Source of the DNA: Pseudomonadota bacterium
GTDB taxonomy: Bacteria; Pseudomonadota; Alphaproteobacteria; MED-G09
Direction of reading: 5' to 3'
Assembly (NCBI GenBank): GCA_036163815.1
Contig: JAYZKD010000032.1
Coordinates: forward strand, 1-42,852
Length of the DNA stretch: 42,852 bases
The notes beneath the pieces were generated by a model, which saw nothing but the letters and a program-made list of their open reading frames with translations, made no database searches and was not told where the DNA came from. Numbering within the stretch: the first letter of the stretch is position 1; each line of letters begins with the position of its first letter. Both the position numbers and the translations under genes were made by a program. Shown piece by piece: positions 21,897-30,843 of the stretch.

Positions 21897-22715
21897 TTAA
21901 TCTCCTACAGTAGAAATATCTGGCGCATCTTCATCTTTCATACCTATAATATTATACCCTGAGTCTACATGATGTATCTCACCAGTAACACCTGAAGATA
22001 AATCACTTAGTAAATAAACTGAAGCATTACCAACTTCATCAATTGATACTGTTCTCTTTAAAGGGGAGTTAAATTCATTCCACTTTAATATATATCTAAA
22101 GTCTCCAATCCCTGAAGCTGCAAGAGTCTTGATAGGGCCAGCAGAGATAGCATTAACGCGTATATTTTCTTTACCTAAATCTTTTGCGAGGTATTTAACA
22201 CTTGTCTCTAATGCTGATTTAGCTACACCCATAACATTATAATGAGGCATAACTTTTTCAGAACCATAATAAGTCAATGTCAAGATAGAGCCACCGTTAG
22301 CCATTAGTTTTTCAGCTCTTTGAGAAACTGAAGTTAATGAATAACATGATATATTTAGTGTATTTATAAAATTTTCTTGAGTTGTTTCTAAATATCTACC
22401 ATTCAATTCATCTTTATTTGAAAAAGCTACTGCATGTACTAAAAAATCTAATGTCCCCCACTCATCTTTAATTTCTTTAAATAATTTATCTACATCTTGA
22501 TCATCAGCTACATCGCATTCAAGAACTAAATTTGAACCTAAATCTTTTGCCAAAGGGATAATTCTTTTTTTAATTGCTTCTCCTTGGTAACTGAGAGCAA
22601 TTTCCGCTCCATGCTCTCTACAGGCTTTTGCTATACCCCATGCAATTGATCTGTTATTAGCTACTCCCATAACTAATCCTCTTTTTCCGCTTAGTAGATT
22701 TGTTTTATTTTCCAT
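21897..22715 (-). CDS. fabI: Enoyl-ACP reductase (NADH)
   Basis: GVANNRSIAWGIA, YNVMGVAK, NAISAGPIKTLAA, HVDSG. Confidence 0.97.
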   Translation of the reverse strand: MENKTNLLSGKRGLVMGVANNRSIAWGIAKACREHGAEIALSYQGEAIKKRIIPLAKDLGSNLVLECDVADDQDVDKLFKEIKDEWGTLDFLVHAVAFSNKDELNGRYLETTQENFINTLNISCYSLTSVSQRAEKLMANGGSILTLTYYGSEKVMPHYNVMGVAKSALETSVKYLAKDLGKENIRVNAISAGPIKTLAASGIGDFRYILKWNEFNSPLKRTVSIDEVGNASVYLLSDLSSGVTGEIHHVDSGYNIIGMKDEDAPDISTVGD

Positions 22716-22831
22716 AGATAATCTTATTAGTTTGTTTTTATTTAATAATTTTTATAAATATAAAATATAGAAATACAGATTCATACATCAATTGTATAAT
22801 TTTATTTATTTTTTCTTGAGAGGCATAATTA

Positions 22832-23437
22832 GTGAAATTAGGTAATAATAAAATAAATAAGAAAAGTAATCCATTTGCTTTATTTAATGAATGGTATGAA
22901 GAAGCTAAAAGAAAAGAGATTAAAAACCCTAATGCAATGGCATTATCAACAATTGATTCTTTTGATAGACCAAGAACAAGAATGGTTTTAATGAAAGAGA
23001 TTAAGAAGAAAGGGATAGTTTTTTACACGAATTCACAAAGCTATAAAGGAAAACAAATCGATAAAAATAAGAATGCGTCATTATGCTTTTATTGGAAATC
23101 ATTAGGAAAACAAATCATAATTCAGGGTAAAGTAAATAAAATTAATGAAATCGAAAGTGATAAATATTTTCATTCAAGAGATAAAAAATCGAAAATAGGG
23201 GCATGGGCATCAGATCAATCTAAGGTTCTTAAAAGTAGGTTAATTTTAGAAAAAAAATATAATGATTTTTTTAATAAATTTAGTGGAAAAGAAGTTCCAA
23301 GACCAAATTATTGGAATGGGTATTGTGTAGAGCCAAGAACTTTTGAATTTTGGTTAGAAAGACAGAATCGATTACATGAAAGAGTGGAATATAATTTGAA
23401 TAAGAATAAGTGGTCTAGAAGATTTCTTTACCCTTAA
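22832..23437 (+). CDS. pdxH: Pyridoxine/pyridoxamine 5'-phosphate oxidase
   Basis: NAMALST, RMVLMK, FYTN, SKIGAWASDQS, FEFW, RLHER; GTG start. Confidence 0.95.
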   Translation: MKLGNNKINKKSNPFALFNEWYEEAKRKEIKNPNAMALSTIDSFDRPRTRMVLMKEIKKKGIVFYTNSQSYKGKQIDKNKNASLCFYWKSLGKQIIIQGKVNKINEIESDKYFHSRDKKSKIGAWASDQSKVLKSRLILEKKYNDFFNKFSGKEVPRPNYWNGYCVEPRTFEFWLERQNRLHERVEYNLNKNKWSRRFLYP

Positions 23438-23439
23438 GT

Positions 23440-23799
23440 TTAATTGTTTGTTTCTAATTTATAATTCTTATAATGGGCAATTATTAATAATAAAGCACCA
23501 AAGATCGTTAGCATTATTTCCATAATTTCTTTTTGAAAAAGCCCTAAAAAAAGACTTAAAACACCAAATGAAGCGATAAAAAGAGGTTTTATATCCTTAT
23601 AGTTTTTATAACTTTTTGGAAAAACAATCATATAAATCAAAAAAACTAAACCAAACAATACTTCATGAATTATATCATTTTGATAAGTTAAGCTTGTTAG
23701 ACTATCAATTCCAATAATTAAAACTGTTAAAGGAATAGCTAAACAATGAAAAATGCATGCTAAAGACAAAATTATTCCAATTAAATTGTTAGATTTCAT
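23440..23799 (-). CDS. MerC-domain membrane protein (putative metal-ion permease)
   Basis: SLACIFHCLAIP (CxxHC) in TM1, IHE after TM1, four hydrophobic segments, terminal AHYKN. Confidence 0.75.
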   Translation of the reverse strand: MKSNNLIGIILSLACIFHCLAIPLTVLIIGIDSLTSLTYQNDIIHEVLFGLVFLIYMIVFPKSYKNYKDIKPLFIASFGVLSLFLGLFQKEIMEIMLTIFGALLLIIAHYKNYKLETNN

Positions 23800-23855
23800 T
23801 TATTTAGACTCCAACAAAGCTTGTAAACTTTGTAATTATATATTACTAGGAAAAT

Positions 23856-24623
23856 ATGTCGGAAATTTTTGCTATACCAGCTTTTTCAGATAATTATATT
23901 TGGGCTTTAAAACATAATAATCAGTTAGCGGTAGTAGATCCAGGAGACGCTGCTGCTGTAAAAGAGGTTTTAATAAGTCAAAATCTTGATTTGGAGTCAA
24001 TTTTAATAACTCATTGGCACCCTGACCATACTGGCGGAGTAATAGAGCTATCGAAAGAAAAGCCAATTCCTGTTTATGGTCCTAAAGGAGGTCATATTGA
24101 TGGTATAACAATTGAATTAAATGAAGGTGATAAAATTGAATTGTTTGATGAGTTTTATGAAATTTTAGAAACTCCAGGACATACTCTTGATCATATTTCT
24201 TATTTTTCTAAACAAGAAATACCAGTTTTATTTTGTGGTGATACTCTTTTTTCTGGAGGTTGTGGTAGATTATTTGAGGGAACACCAGAACAAATGTTTA
24301 AATCTCTTAATAAATTATCCTTATTGCCTGACAACACTATGGTTTTTTGTACTCATGAATATACATTAAGTAATTTGAATTTTGCTATAGAGGTTGAACC
24401 CAAAAATAGTAACCTGCTTAATTATTATAACGAAGTAAGAAAAAAAAGAGAAAATGATATGATAACAATTCCATCTAATATGAAATTAGAGAAAGATATT
24501 AATCCTTTTCTTAGATATTCGGAAGACGCTATCAGAAAGAGTGCTGAGAAATATTCTTCAAAAACTAATTTAACTGATGTTGAGGTTTTAGGGGCTATCA
24601 GAACTTGGAAAGACAATTTCTAA
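23856..24623 (+). CDS. gloB: Hydroxyacylglutathione hydrolase (glyoxalase II)
   Basis: PAFSDNYIW, THWHPDHTGG, TPGHTLDH, FCGDTLFSGGCGRLFEG, HEYT. Confidence 0.95.
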   Translation: MSEIFAIPAFSDNYIWALKHNNQLAVVDPGDAAAVKEVLISQNLDLESILITHWHPDHTGGVIELSKEKPIPVYGPKGGHIDGITIELNEGDKIELFDEFYEILETPGHTLDHISYFSKQEIPVLFCGDTLFSGGCGRLFEGTPEQMFKSLNKLSLLPDNTMVFCTHEYTLSNLNFAIEVEPKNSNLLNYYNEVRKKRENDMITIPSNMKLEKDINPFLRYSEDAIRKSAEKYSSKTNLTDVEVLGAIRTWKDNF

Positions 24624-25055
24624 ATTCTTGCTCATCTTATAATGATCAATTCCTATTCCTGCATCATAAGGGTCTAAGATTTTGTAACCAAGTTTTGAAT
24701 AAAAATTAACCGCATTATCCCTGGCGTTTAGAATTATTTTATATCGGTGATTTTTTTTAGAAAAGCCTTCTAACCCAATAACAATTCTCTTTCCTATGCC
24801 CATTTTTCGATATTCTTCTTGAACTGCCATATATCTAATTTGAGATTCCTCTTTATTAAGGAAATGAATTCTTCCAACACCTAATATGACTTTATTTATA
24901 TCTATTGCCATTAGATGATAACTTTTTTCTTCTAAATTATCCTTTGTTGATTTTTTATCTAGACCTATAGGCTCCCTAAGTATCCTCCATCTAAAAAGAA
25001 AATATTTTTTCCATTCTGAATTTGTTAAGGGTGATCTTAAATTTATCTTTTCCAC
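24588..25055 (-). CDS. GNAT acetyltransferase resembling the N-terminal domain of YiiD
   Basis: RWRILREP, GVGRIH, QIRYMAVQEEYRKMGIG, NARDNAVNFYSKLGY; GTG start with no clear RBS; 36-nt convergent overlap with gloB. Confidence 0.8.
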   Translation of the reverse strand: MEKINLRSPLTNSEWKKYFLFRWRILREPIGLDKKSTKDNLEEKSYHLMAIDINKVILGVGRIHFLNKEESQIRYMAVQEEYRKMGIGKRIVIGLEGFSKKNHRYKIILNARDNAVNFYSKLGYKILDPYDAGIGIDHYKMSKNLEIVFPSSDSP

Positions 25056-25058
25056 AAA

Positions 25059-25496
25059 AAAAGGACCTTAAAGATCTCCTTCTGCTCTTACCTCGCTTTG
25101 ATTTATGGTAAATTTCTCACCATATCTAGCTTCAAGCTTCTTTTGATTTTCAATAATAACTTCGGCTGGGTTAAGTTTTAATGCCATACAAGCTGTTACC
25201 CAATACCACATTATATCTCCTAGCTCACGTTTCATATGAAAAATATTATCTTTATCTGAAGGCTTTCCTTGTAACAGTATTTTTTTTACGATTTCAGTAA
25301 ATTCACCTGATTCACTACTTAAACCTAATGCTCCAGTTAAAAGGCGCGGTATATCAATATTAGAATGATCTTGAATATTATCCATCGATTCCTTTAGGGA
25401 ATTAATTTTTAGGCTTGGATCACTTGTTACTTTGGTGACAAAATCACAATAAGTTTCAAAAAATTTATTTGTTTCTTCCATTTTTAAGGTCCTCTT
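25059..25496. repeat. Inverted repeat bracketing the MazG-like gene (arms 25062-25072 and 25483-25493)
   Basis: AGGACCTTAAA ... TTTAAGGTCCT, a perfect 11 bp match; extends to 14 contiguous pairs on the minus-strand RNA with one G-U wobble. Confidence 0.75.
25068..25481 (-). CDS. MazG-like nucleoside triphosphate pyrophosphohydrolase (single domain, cyanophage-like)
   Basis: ExxE...ExxD metal site (SESGEFTEIVKK, KRELGDIMWY), QGKP, KLEARY, C-terminal RAEGDL; AGAGGA RBS. Confidence 0.85.
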   Translation of the reverse strand: MEETNKFFETYCDFVTKVTSDPSLKINSLKESMDNIQDHSNIDIPRLLTGALGLSSESGEFTEIVKKILLQGKPSDKDNIFHMKRELGDIMWYWVTACMALKLNPAEVIIENQKKLEARYGEKFTINQSEVRAEGDL

Positions 25497-25611
25497 AGAA
25501 ATATATTATCGTAATATTTAATAAAAATCATATGATAAATTAGTTTGATAAAAGCAATTTTTTAAGTTTTTATGATTATATTAATAGAGTTTAATTTTTT
25601 AAGGAGCTCGT

Positions 25612-26370
25612 ATGTCAAGATTTGAAGGAAAATTTGCTGTAATTTCAGGTGGTGCATCAGGAATGGGAGCCGCAACGGCTAAAAGATTTGTAGAAGAAGG
25701 TGGTGTGGTCATTACACTGGATATAAATAAAGAATTAGGAAATAAAATTTCAGAAGAAATTGGAGATTCATGTGAATTTTTTCAGGCTGATGTTTCAAAG
25801 GCTGAAGACTGGAAAAGATTGGAAGAGCATCTTGGAAATAGGTTTAATGAAATAACATCAGTTATTAATGCTGCTGGAATAAGTGAACCCGCCACTATCG
25901 AAGACGAAACAATTGAGCACTGGGAAAGAGTTCATGCAATAAATGGAACATCAGTTTTTTTAGGGTGCCAATTTGCTGTAAAAGCGATGAAAGAAAGAAA
26001 AGGTAGCATTGTTAATTTTGCTTCGTCTTTAGCCACAAGACCTAAACCATTTGTTATTTCATATAATTACAGTAAAGCTGGAGTTTTAATTTTAACTAGA
26101 ACTGTGGCACTTCATTGCGCTGAAATGGGATATGATATTAGATGTAATGCTGTTCAGCCAGGCGCCATAAATACTCCAATGATGCAAAGATATGTTGAAG
26201 CGGCCGAAAATCCTGATCAACAATTATCAGAATTTGCAGCGTCACATCCAATGAATAGAGTTGGAGAACCAGATGAAGTGGTTTCAGCTGTTTTATTTTT
26301 AGCTTCAGATGATTCAGCCTTTACAACAGGAGATTCAATTTCTGTTGACGGCGGAGTTATAGCTATATAA
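25612..26370 (+). CDS. Classical SDR (hydroxysteroid / cyclic-alcohol dehydrogenase-like)
   Basis: SGGASGMG, NAAG, YNYSK (YxxxK), ALHCAEMGYDIRCNAVQPG, SVDGG; AAGGAG RBS. Confidence 0.9.
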   Translation: MSRFEGKFAVISGGASGMGAATAKRFVEEGGVVITLDINKELGNKISEEIGDSCEFFQADVSKAEDWKRLEEHLGNRFNEITSVINAAGISEPATIEDETIEHWERVHAINGTSVFLGCQFAVKAMKERKGSIVNFASSLATRPKPFVISYNYSKAGVLILTRTVALHCAEMGYDIRCNAVQPGAINTPMMQRYVEAAENPDQQLSEFAASHPMNRVGEPDEVVSAVLFLASDDSAFTTGDSISVDGGVIAI

Positions 26371-26391
26371 AGCTAAATTAGCTTTATTTTT
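26367..26391 (+). terminator. 10-1-10 palindrome plus T-tract: weak intrinsic terminator or operator
   Basis: ATAAAGCTAA-A-TTAGCTTTAT followed by TTTT; covers the SDR stop and ends 17 nt before the BVMO start. Confidence 0.4.
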
Positions 26392-26408
26392 ATAAATTTA
26401 GAAAAGTT

Positions 26409-27869
26409 ATGACTGAAAAATTTGATGTTTTAGTAGTTGGAGCAGGAATTTCTGGGATTGGTGCTGGTTACCATTTGCAAAAAAAATGCCCTGGTGCATC
26501 TTATGTTATTTTGGAAGGAAGAGATAAGATTGGTGGGACATGGGATCTTTTTAAATATCCAGGAATTAGATCTGATTCTGATATGTATACATTAGGCTTT
26601 AGATTTAAGCCTTGGAAAGAACAAGAAGCCATAGCTGACGCTCCTTCAATACTTAATTATTTAAACGAAACTGTAGAGCAATTTAATATTAAAGAAAAAA
26701 TTAGATTCGGAAAATATGTAAGAAATGCAACATGGTCTAGCTCTTCAAGCTCATGGACTGTTGATGTTGAAGATAAATCAACGAATGAAATTACTCAGTT
26801 ATCATGTAATTTTATTTTCATGTGTTCTGGTTACTATAGTTATAAAGAAGGTTATACACCCGAATTTAAAGGTATAGAAGATTTTAAAGGTGATGTTATA
26901 CACCCTCAAGAGTGGGATGAAAATTATGATTATTCAGGAAAGAAAGTTGTTGTAGTTGGAAGTGGAGCAACTGCAGTAACCCTCGTCCCTGAAATGGCAA
27001 AAAAAGCTGGCCATGTTACTATGCTTCAGCGTTCTCCAACTTATGTTGTGTCTGCACCTGAAAAAGATAAAATGGCAAATAATTTGCGAAAATATCTTCC
27101 ATTAAAACTTTCTTATTTAATAATTAGATGGAGAAATATTTTAAGGCAACAGTATTACTTTCGTTTATGTAGAAAATATCCTCAGGGAGTAAAAAGAGCC
27201 ATAATAAGAGAGGTAAAGAAAGCTTTAGGATCAGATTATGATGTTGAAAAACATTTTACCCCTGATTACAACCCTTGGGAACAAAGAATGTGCTTAGTTC
27301 CTGACGGAGATCTTTTTGATCAAATTAGAAAGGGGAACGCATCGGTTGTTACTGACCACATTGAGAAATTTACTGAGAAAGGGATATTACTTAAATCTGG
27401 AAAAGAGATTATAACTGACATAATTATAACTGCTACAGGTTTGAATCTTGAAATGCTCAGTAATATTAATTTAACAGTAGATAATAAACCGATAGATATA
27501 TCTCAAACCATAACTTACAAAGGTATGATGTATAGCGGAATTCCTAATTTTGCTAGTACTTTTGGCTACACTAACGCTTCATGGACTTTAGGTGCGGATT
27601 TGACTTCAGAATATGTATGCAGAGTTATAAATCATATGAAAAAGAAAAATTATAATGTTGCTTGCCCCGAAAATGATAGCAATGTAGAGACTGACCCAGA
27701 TTATTTAAATCTTACATCTGGATACATAAAAAGAGCTCAACATATTTTTCCTCAACAAGGGAAAGAATCACCTTGGAGAAATAATCAGAATTTTTTAAAA
27801 GATGTATTCCAAATTAGATATGGTCGTATTGATGATGGAGAAATTACTTTTTCAAAGTCTATTTCTTAA
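26409..27869 (+). CDS. Type I Baeyer-Villiger monooxygenase, EthA/AlmA-like
   Basis: GAGISG, GGTWDLFKYPGIRSDSD, fingerprint FKGDVIHPQEWD (FxGxxxHxxxWD), second Rossmann motif GSGATA. Confidence 0.92.
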   Translation: MTEKFDVLVVGAGISGIGAGYHLQKKCPGASYVILEGRDKIGGTWDLFKYPGIRSDSDMYTLGFRFKPWKEQEAIADAPSILNYLNETVEQFNIKEKIRFGKYVRNATWSSSSSSWTVDVEDKSTNEITQLSCNFIFMCSGYYSYKEGYTPEFKGIEDFKGDVIHPQEWDENYDYSGKKVVVVGSGATAVTLVPEMAKKAGHVTMLQRSPTYVVSAPEKDKMANNLRKYLPLKLSYLIIRWRNILRQQYYFRLCRKYPQGVKRAIIREVKKALGSDYDVEKHFTPDYNPWEQRMCLVPDGDLFDQIRKGNASVVTDHIEKFTEKGILLKSGKEIITDIIITATGLNLEMLSNINLTVDNKPIDISQTITYKGMMYSGIPNFASTFGYTNASWTLGADLTSEYVCRVINHMKKKNYNVACPENDSNVETDPDYLNLTSGYIKRAQHIFPQQGKESPWRNNQNFLKDVFQIRYGRIDDGEITFSKSIS

Positions 27870-27891
27870 CTAAAGATTCGGAGAAAAATAA

Positions 27892-29025
27892 ATGAAATCA
27901 CGCATATGTGAAATTTTAGATATAGAATTCCCATTACTGGCATTTTCACACTGCCGCGATGTTGTTGTAGCTGTATCAAAGGCTGGAGGAATGGGGGTTT
28001 TTGGTGCGGTTAACCATCCTCCAGATAGACTTGAAGAAGAATTAAATTGGATTGATGACCATATTGATGGAAAACCTTACGGCATTGATCTTATTGTTCC
28101 TAATAAATATGAAGGAAAAGGTAAGTCTGTAAGCACAGATGATGTTGTTAAATCTATTCCGCAAGGTCATAAGGATTTTGCTAAATCAATACTAGATTCT
28201 CATAATATAGAATCTGATGATCCAGATGAGGTAAGAAAAGGAACTGTTCAATTTGGAAAAAATTTATCGGAAGAGGGTGCGGAAAGTTCATTAGAAGTAG
28301 CCATGAAACATCCAATCAAATTAATTGCTAACGCTTTAGGCGTACCTCCAAAAATTATGCTTGATTTAGGAAAAGAGCATAATGTTGCTGTTGCAGCCCT
28401 TGTAGGAGCTAAGGAGCATGCGCTAAAGCAAGTTGAAGCAGGGGTAGATATTTTAGTTGTTGCTGGGGGTGAGGCAGGAGGTCACTGTGGTGATGTTTCT
28501 ACAATGGTTCTGGTTCCTGAAGTATATAATGCTATTAAAGATGTTAAAGATATTCCTATTTTAGCAGCAGGAGGCATTACCACTGGAGGACAAATGGCGG
28601 CTGCAATGTCTATGGGTGCTTCAGGTGCTTGGTGTGGATCAGTTTGGTTAACAACTTCAGAAGCGGAAACCAATCCTGTTGTTAAAGAAAAAATGTTAGC
28701 AGCTTCATCTAGAGATACAGTCCGTTCAAGAAGTAGAACAGGAAAGCATTCTAGACAGCTTAGATCACCTTGGACTGATGCTTGGGAGAATGATGGGCCT
28801 GATCCTCTTCCCATGCCTTTACAATCTTTTGTAAGTGAACCAGCGCTTAGAAAGATTGATAAGCTTTCACTGAGCGGACATGAAGGTGCAAAGCAACTAG
28901 CTACTTATTGGGTTGGTCAAGGCGTAGGTTTAATGAACCATTCTTTATCCGCTGGAACAGTTGTACAAAATTTTAAAGAAGACTTTATTGAGGCTTTTGA
29001 AAGGCTCTCAAATTATCTAGATTAA
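27892..29025 (+). CDS. Nitronate monooxygenase / FabK-like FMN oxidoreductase
   Basis: AFSHCRDVV, GGEAGGH, ILAAGGI, WVGQGVG. Confidence 0.85.
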   Translation: MKSRICEILDIEFPLLAFSHCRDVVVAVSKAGGMGVFGAVNHPPDRLEEELNWIDDHIDGKPYGIDLIVPNKYEGKGKSVSTDDVVKSIPQGHKDFAKSILDSHNIESDDPDEVRKGTVQFGKNLSEEGAESSLEVAMKHPIKLIANALGVPPKIMLDLGKEHNVAVAALVGAKEHALKQVEAGVDILVVAGGEAGGHCGDVSTMVLVPEVYNAIKDVKDIPILAAGGITTGGQMAAAMSMGASGAWCGSVWLTTSEAETNPVVKEKMLAASSRDTVRSRSRTGKHSRQLRSPWTDAWENDGPDPLPMPLQSFVSEPALRKIDKLSLSGHEGAKQLATYWVGQGVGLMNHSLSAGTVVQNFKEDFIEAFERLSNYLD

Positions 29026-29046
29026 ATTTAAGAAGAAATCTTGTTG

Positions 29047-29964
29047 ATGAAGAAATCCATGATCTTTCTAATTTTTATTTTAAGCTTTTTATTTATTTCT
29101 TTTTCCTGCCTTTATTTAACGAAGCCAAAACAAATGCCATTTATGGGGCACTTTTTTGATAAAGTTTTTTATGGTTCTCTCTATTATTTAAATCTTCCAG
29201 ACAAAAGCTATACCTATAAAAAAATTCGAAACTCTAATTTAAAGCTCCATATTTTTAATCCTAAAAAACCAATAAGTAATTCTAGTATCTTGCTTTTTCA
29301 TGGTGGAGGTTGGGCTTTTGGTTCATCATATTCACTTTTTAAAATGTGTAGAGATATCTCTAATGAAGGGATTTTATGTATAAGTGCAGATTATCAACTT
29401 GCCCTTAAGCATAATTCTAAAGTTATTGATTCAATGAATGATGCAAGAGATGCTTTTGATTGGATAATTGATAATTCTTCAAAACTTAATATAGATAAGA
29501 ATAATATTTTTGTTGGGGGAGGTTCATCAGGAGGGCATTTAGCTGCTTCATTAGCTATGATTCCTAATGAAAAAGGAGAAACTTATAAGAATATTAAAGC
29601 GATGATTTTTTTCAATCCCGCATTGAACACATCTTTTTTTGATAGAGAATTACCTAGTAATATTAATGATAGAAGAAAAGATTTATGGTTATATGTTCAG
29701 AAGTTATTTGAAGGTAAATCAAATGAGCTTTCCCCTTCAAATTATATTAAGGAAGGGCTTCCTCCCTCAATAATATTTCATGGAAAATCTGATAGAACAG
29801 TTCCTATTAATATAGTTGAGGAATTCACTAAGGAGATGACAAAGAAAGGTAACAGTATTAAATTATTAAAGTGGGATAATAAAGGTCACCAATTTTATAG
29901 GTGGGATAAAGAAGCTTATCCTCAAGTGATGAATCAATTAATTAAATTTATAAAGGATTTTTAA
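29047..29964 (+). CDS. Membrane-anchored or exported alpha/beta hydrolase (HSL-like esterase)
   Basis: N-terminal hydrophobic helix; HGGGW oxyanion motif, GSSGG nucleophile elbow, HGKSD Asp, KGH His. Confidence 0.85.
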   Translation: MKKSMIFLIFILSFLFISFSCLYLTKPKQMPFMGHFFDKVFYGSLYYLNLPDKSYTYKKIRNSNLKLHIFNPKKPISNSSILLFHGGGWAFGSSYSLFKMCRDISNEGILCISADYQLALKHNSKVIDSMNDARDAFDWIIDNSSKLNIDKNNIFVGGGSSGGHLAASLAMIPNEKGETYKNIKAMIFFNPALNTSFFDRELPSNINDRRKDLWLYVQKLFEGKSNELSPSNYIKEGLPPSIIFHGKSDRTVPINIVEEFTKEMTKKGNSIKLLKWDNKGHQFYRWDKEAYPQVMNQLIKFIKDF

Positions 29965-29965
29965 T

Positions 29966-30841
29966 ATGCCGCTTAAAAAATCAATTTTAGGAACGATTAT
30001 AAGTATAATTATTGCCTCATTAGTGTCGTTAGCAGTAAGTCAAAATAGTATAGATTTTTTTGGAATTCCATTTTTACTATTTTGTGTACTTTATTCTTAT
30101 GCAATTCATTGGATTTTTTTTATTCACGCTTATATTGCTCAAACTGAACACTATTTCGATGCTATAGGGAGCATAACTTTTATTAGTCTTTCTGTAATAG
30201 TTATTTCCTATATGCAGAATTTTTATTCGATACTAATAGGGGCTTTGGTCTCTATATGGACTTTAAGATTAGGTACTTTTCTTTTCAAAAGAATAAAAAA
30301 ATCTGGGAGAGATACTCGATTTACAGAAATGAAAAAGAATTTCTTTTGGTTCTTCATGACTTGGAATATATCTGCTTTATGGGTGTTTTTGTGTTATGTT
30401 GCCGGGTTAGTTGCTATGACAAATAAAAATAGCAGTGAAGTCAATTCTGAAAACATTATTTTTATTGTTATCGGTGTTATTTTTTGGGTTCTTGGTTTCT
30501 CAATTGAAGTTATTTCTGATTATCAAAAGAAAGTCTTTAGAGAAGATATTAATAATAAGGATAAATTTATTTCGCATGGTTTATGGGCCTGGTCAAGGCA
30601 CCCAAATTATTTTGGTGAGATAATTCTTTGGATAGGTATAACTATTATTGCTTTACCAGTTTTTAAAGGTTGGGATTATATAGCTTTAATTTCTCCATTA
30701 TTTGTCTATTTTTTATTAGTGAATGTAAGTGGTATTCCTATGTTAGAAAAATCAGCTGATGAAAAATGGGGAGATGACCCTCAATATTCCGATTATAAAG
30801 ATAAGACTAGTATCTTATTTTTAAAAAGTCCTAAAGATTAA
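29966..30841 (+). CDS. DUF1295 family membrane protein (steroid 5-alpha-reductase/ICMT-like)
   Basis: Multiple TMs, RLGTFLFKRI, GRDTRF, GLWAWSRHPNYFGE, SGIPMLE. Confidence 0.88.
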   Translation: MPLKKSILGTIISIIIASLVSLAVSQNSIDFFGIPFLLFCVLYSYAIHWIFFIHAYIAQTEHYFDAIGSITFISLSVIVISYMQNFYSILIGALVSIWTLRLGTFLFKRIKKSGRDTRFTEMKKNFFWFFMTWNISALWVFLCYVAGLVAMTNKNSSEVNSENIIFIVIGVIFWVLGFSIEVISDYQKKVFREDINNKDKFISHGLWAWSRHPNYFGEIILWIGITIIALPVFKGWDYIALISPLFVYFLLVNVSGIPMLEKSADEKWGDDPQYSDYKDKTSILFLKSPKD

Positions 30842-30843
30842 TC

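Noticed and set aside
23440-23799. Mercury-resistance locus
   Set aside because: No merA, merR, merT or merP in the window.
23831-23847. Canonical Zur box upstream of the MerC-domain gene
   Set aside because: The half-sites are 5 nt apart, not the 3 nt of TGTTAT-N3-ATAACA, so it is kept only as an unassigned palindrome.
24588-24623. Frameshift or assembly error at the gloB/GNAT overlap
   Set aside because: Both proteins are full length with normal C-terminal motifs; a short stop read-out extension explains the overlap.
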